Source of the DNA: Lama guanicoe
Taxonomy: Eukaryota
Length of the DNA: 64,000 bases
Direction: 5' to 3'
Assembly: GCA_013239625.1 (NCBI GenBank)
Contig: MU055362.1
Location: 1,875,430 to 1,939,429, forward strand
Position numbers and translations under genes: made by a program. The number at the start of each line of letters is the position of its first letter. Position 1 is the first letter of the stretch. The notes under the pieces are model-generated. The model saw only the letters and a list, made by a program, of their open reading frames with translations. It did no database searches and was not told where the DNA came from. Below, piece by piece: positions 63,121 to 64,000 of the stretch.

Positions 63121-63591
63121 TTACCAGGTTCTCATGCACCATTTACCCTAAAGAGTTGTGGTGCAGCCTGCTGGGTAAGGCTGACATCAGGGCGTTTGGA
63201 GTGTCCATCAGTGGCCTCCAAGTGCTGTGGCAGACCCTGCTGCCTGCCCACCCCTTCCTTGCTAATAGACCCCCGGTTTTGTTCAGGCATTGAATGCCCT
63301 GGGCTTCACAGACTGTTCCCTAGTCCCAAGGGGCGAATGCCGACAGTACGCTGTAGTGGGGACCCAGTTCCATCTACAGTGACTGGTACAGTCTCTCCAC
63401 ACCGGCTCCATTCTCTCAGGCCAACTTCTCCACGAGGCTGGAGTCCTGACGGCCAGCAACCCCGCCATGATTCTCGCAAGCAGAAGAACCAAGACTGTCC
63501 CCGCAAGCTCCTATTAGAAACTTCAAGGGGGGGACTCTCTGGCCCAGTTTGGGTAACAGGATTAGCGCTGGACCGATCACTATGGAAAAGA

Positions 63592-64000
63592 TGTGGTGGG
63601 TTGAATTGTGTCCCCCAAAAGACATGTTCCAGTCCTAATTCCTGGTGTCATGTGAATGTGACCCTGTTTGGAAACAGGGTCTTTGCAGATGTAATCAAGT
63701 TAAGAGGTCATTACACTGGATTAGAGTGGGCCCTGGGCCAATGACTGGTCCTTATAAGATGAGGGAAATTTGGACACAGATATACACACACAGGAAGAAG
63801 ACCACGTGATGACGGAGACAGAGACTGGAGTGACACACTGACAGACCAAGGACAGCCAAGGACGGCCAGCAAGTACCAGATGACAGGAGAGAGGCGTGGG
63901 GCAGACTCCCCCTCACAGCCTCCAGAAGGAGCTAACTTTGCCAAAGTCTCGCTTTTGGACTTTCAGCTAGGAGAAAGGGAGTTTCTGTTATGGAAAGCCA
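63592..64000 (+). mobile_element. MLT1B/C MaLR LTR (runs off window end)
   Basis: tgtggtgggttgaattgtgtcccccaaaa...gaatgtgacc...tttgcagatgtaatcaagttaaga...cagcctccagaagga. Confidence 0.9.

Noticed and set aside
1809-63744. Longest remaining ORFs (1809-2351, 12123-12659, 24191-24634, 52831-53283, 63196-63744)
   Set aside because: No recognisable domains; several start at non-ATG codons and overlap L1, MER21 or MLT1 sequence; their lengths are expected by chance in 64 kb.
1-64000. CRISPR array, operon or other prokaryotic/phage system
   Set aside because: The sequence is CpG-depleted eutherian DNA full of mammalian repeats, with no regularly spaced repeats or gene-dense coding.

Overview
Mammalian (eutherian) non-coding genomic DNA, most likely camelid (alpaca/camel lineage). 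This assignment is inferred from the characteristic young L1 3' ends and the absence of Alu, B1/B2, Bov-tA/BovB, PRE-1, SINEC or ERE SINEs. No cellular protein-coding gene, rRNA, tRNA or CRISPR array can be supported. The only recognisable protein sequences are decayed LINE ORF2 fragments (L1, L2, L3/CR1). The window is a dense mosaic of MIR, L1, L2, L3, MaLR (MLT1), ERV1-class solo LTRs and hAT DNA transposons, with several nested insertions whose target-site duplications (TSDs) can be read directly. Repeat family names come from recalled consensus sequences, not a database search, and boundaries are approximate unless a TSD is given. The most interesting signals are: (1) a CpG island built from LTR sequence at ~5.0-5.8 kb carrying CRE, MYB, NF-Y, NRF1-like and RFX motifs, a candidate germline promoter; (2) a 97-bp poly(A)-tailed, TSD-flanked non-repeat insert inside an LTR at 59.8 kb; (3) a gapless 149-bp, ~72%-identical local duplication at 25.0/26.2 kb; (4) an LTR pile-up at 36-42.6 kb; (5) weak candidate non-coding exons. 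All N-runs fall within L1 sequence and look like length-preserving masking rather than assembly gaps. I could not demonstrate a new biological system; the regulatory ideas are hypotheses.
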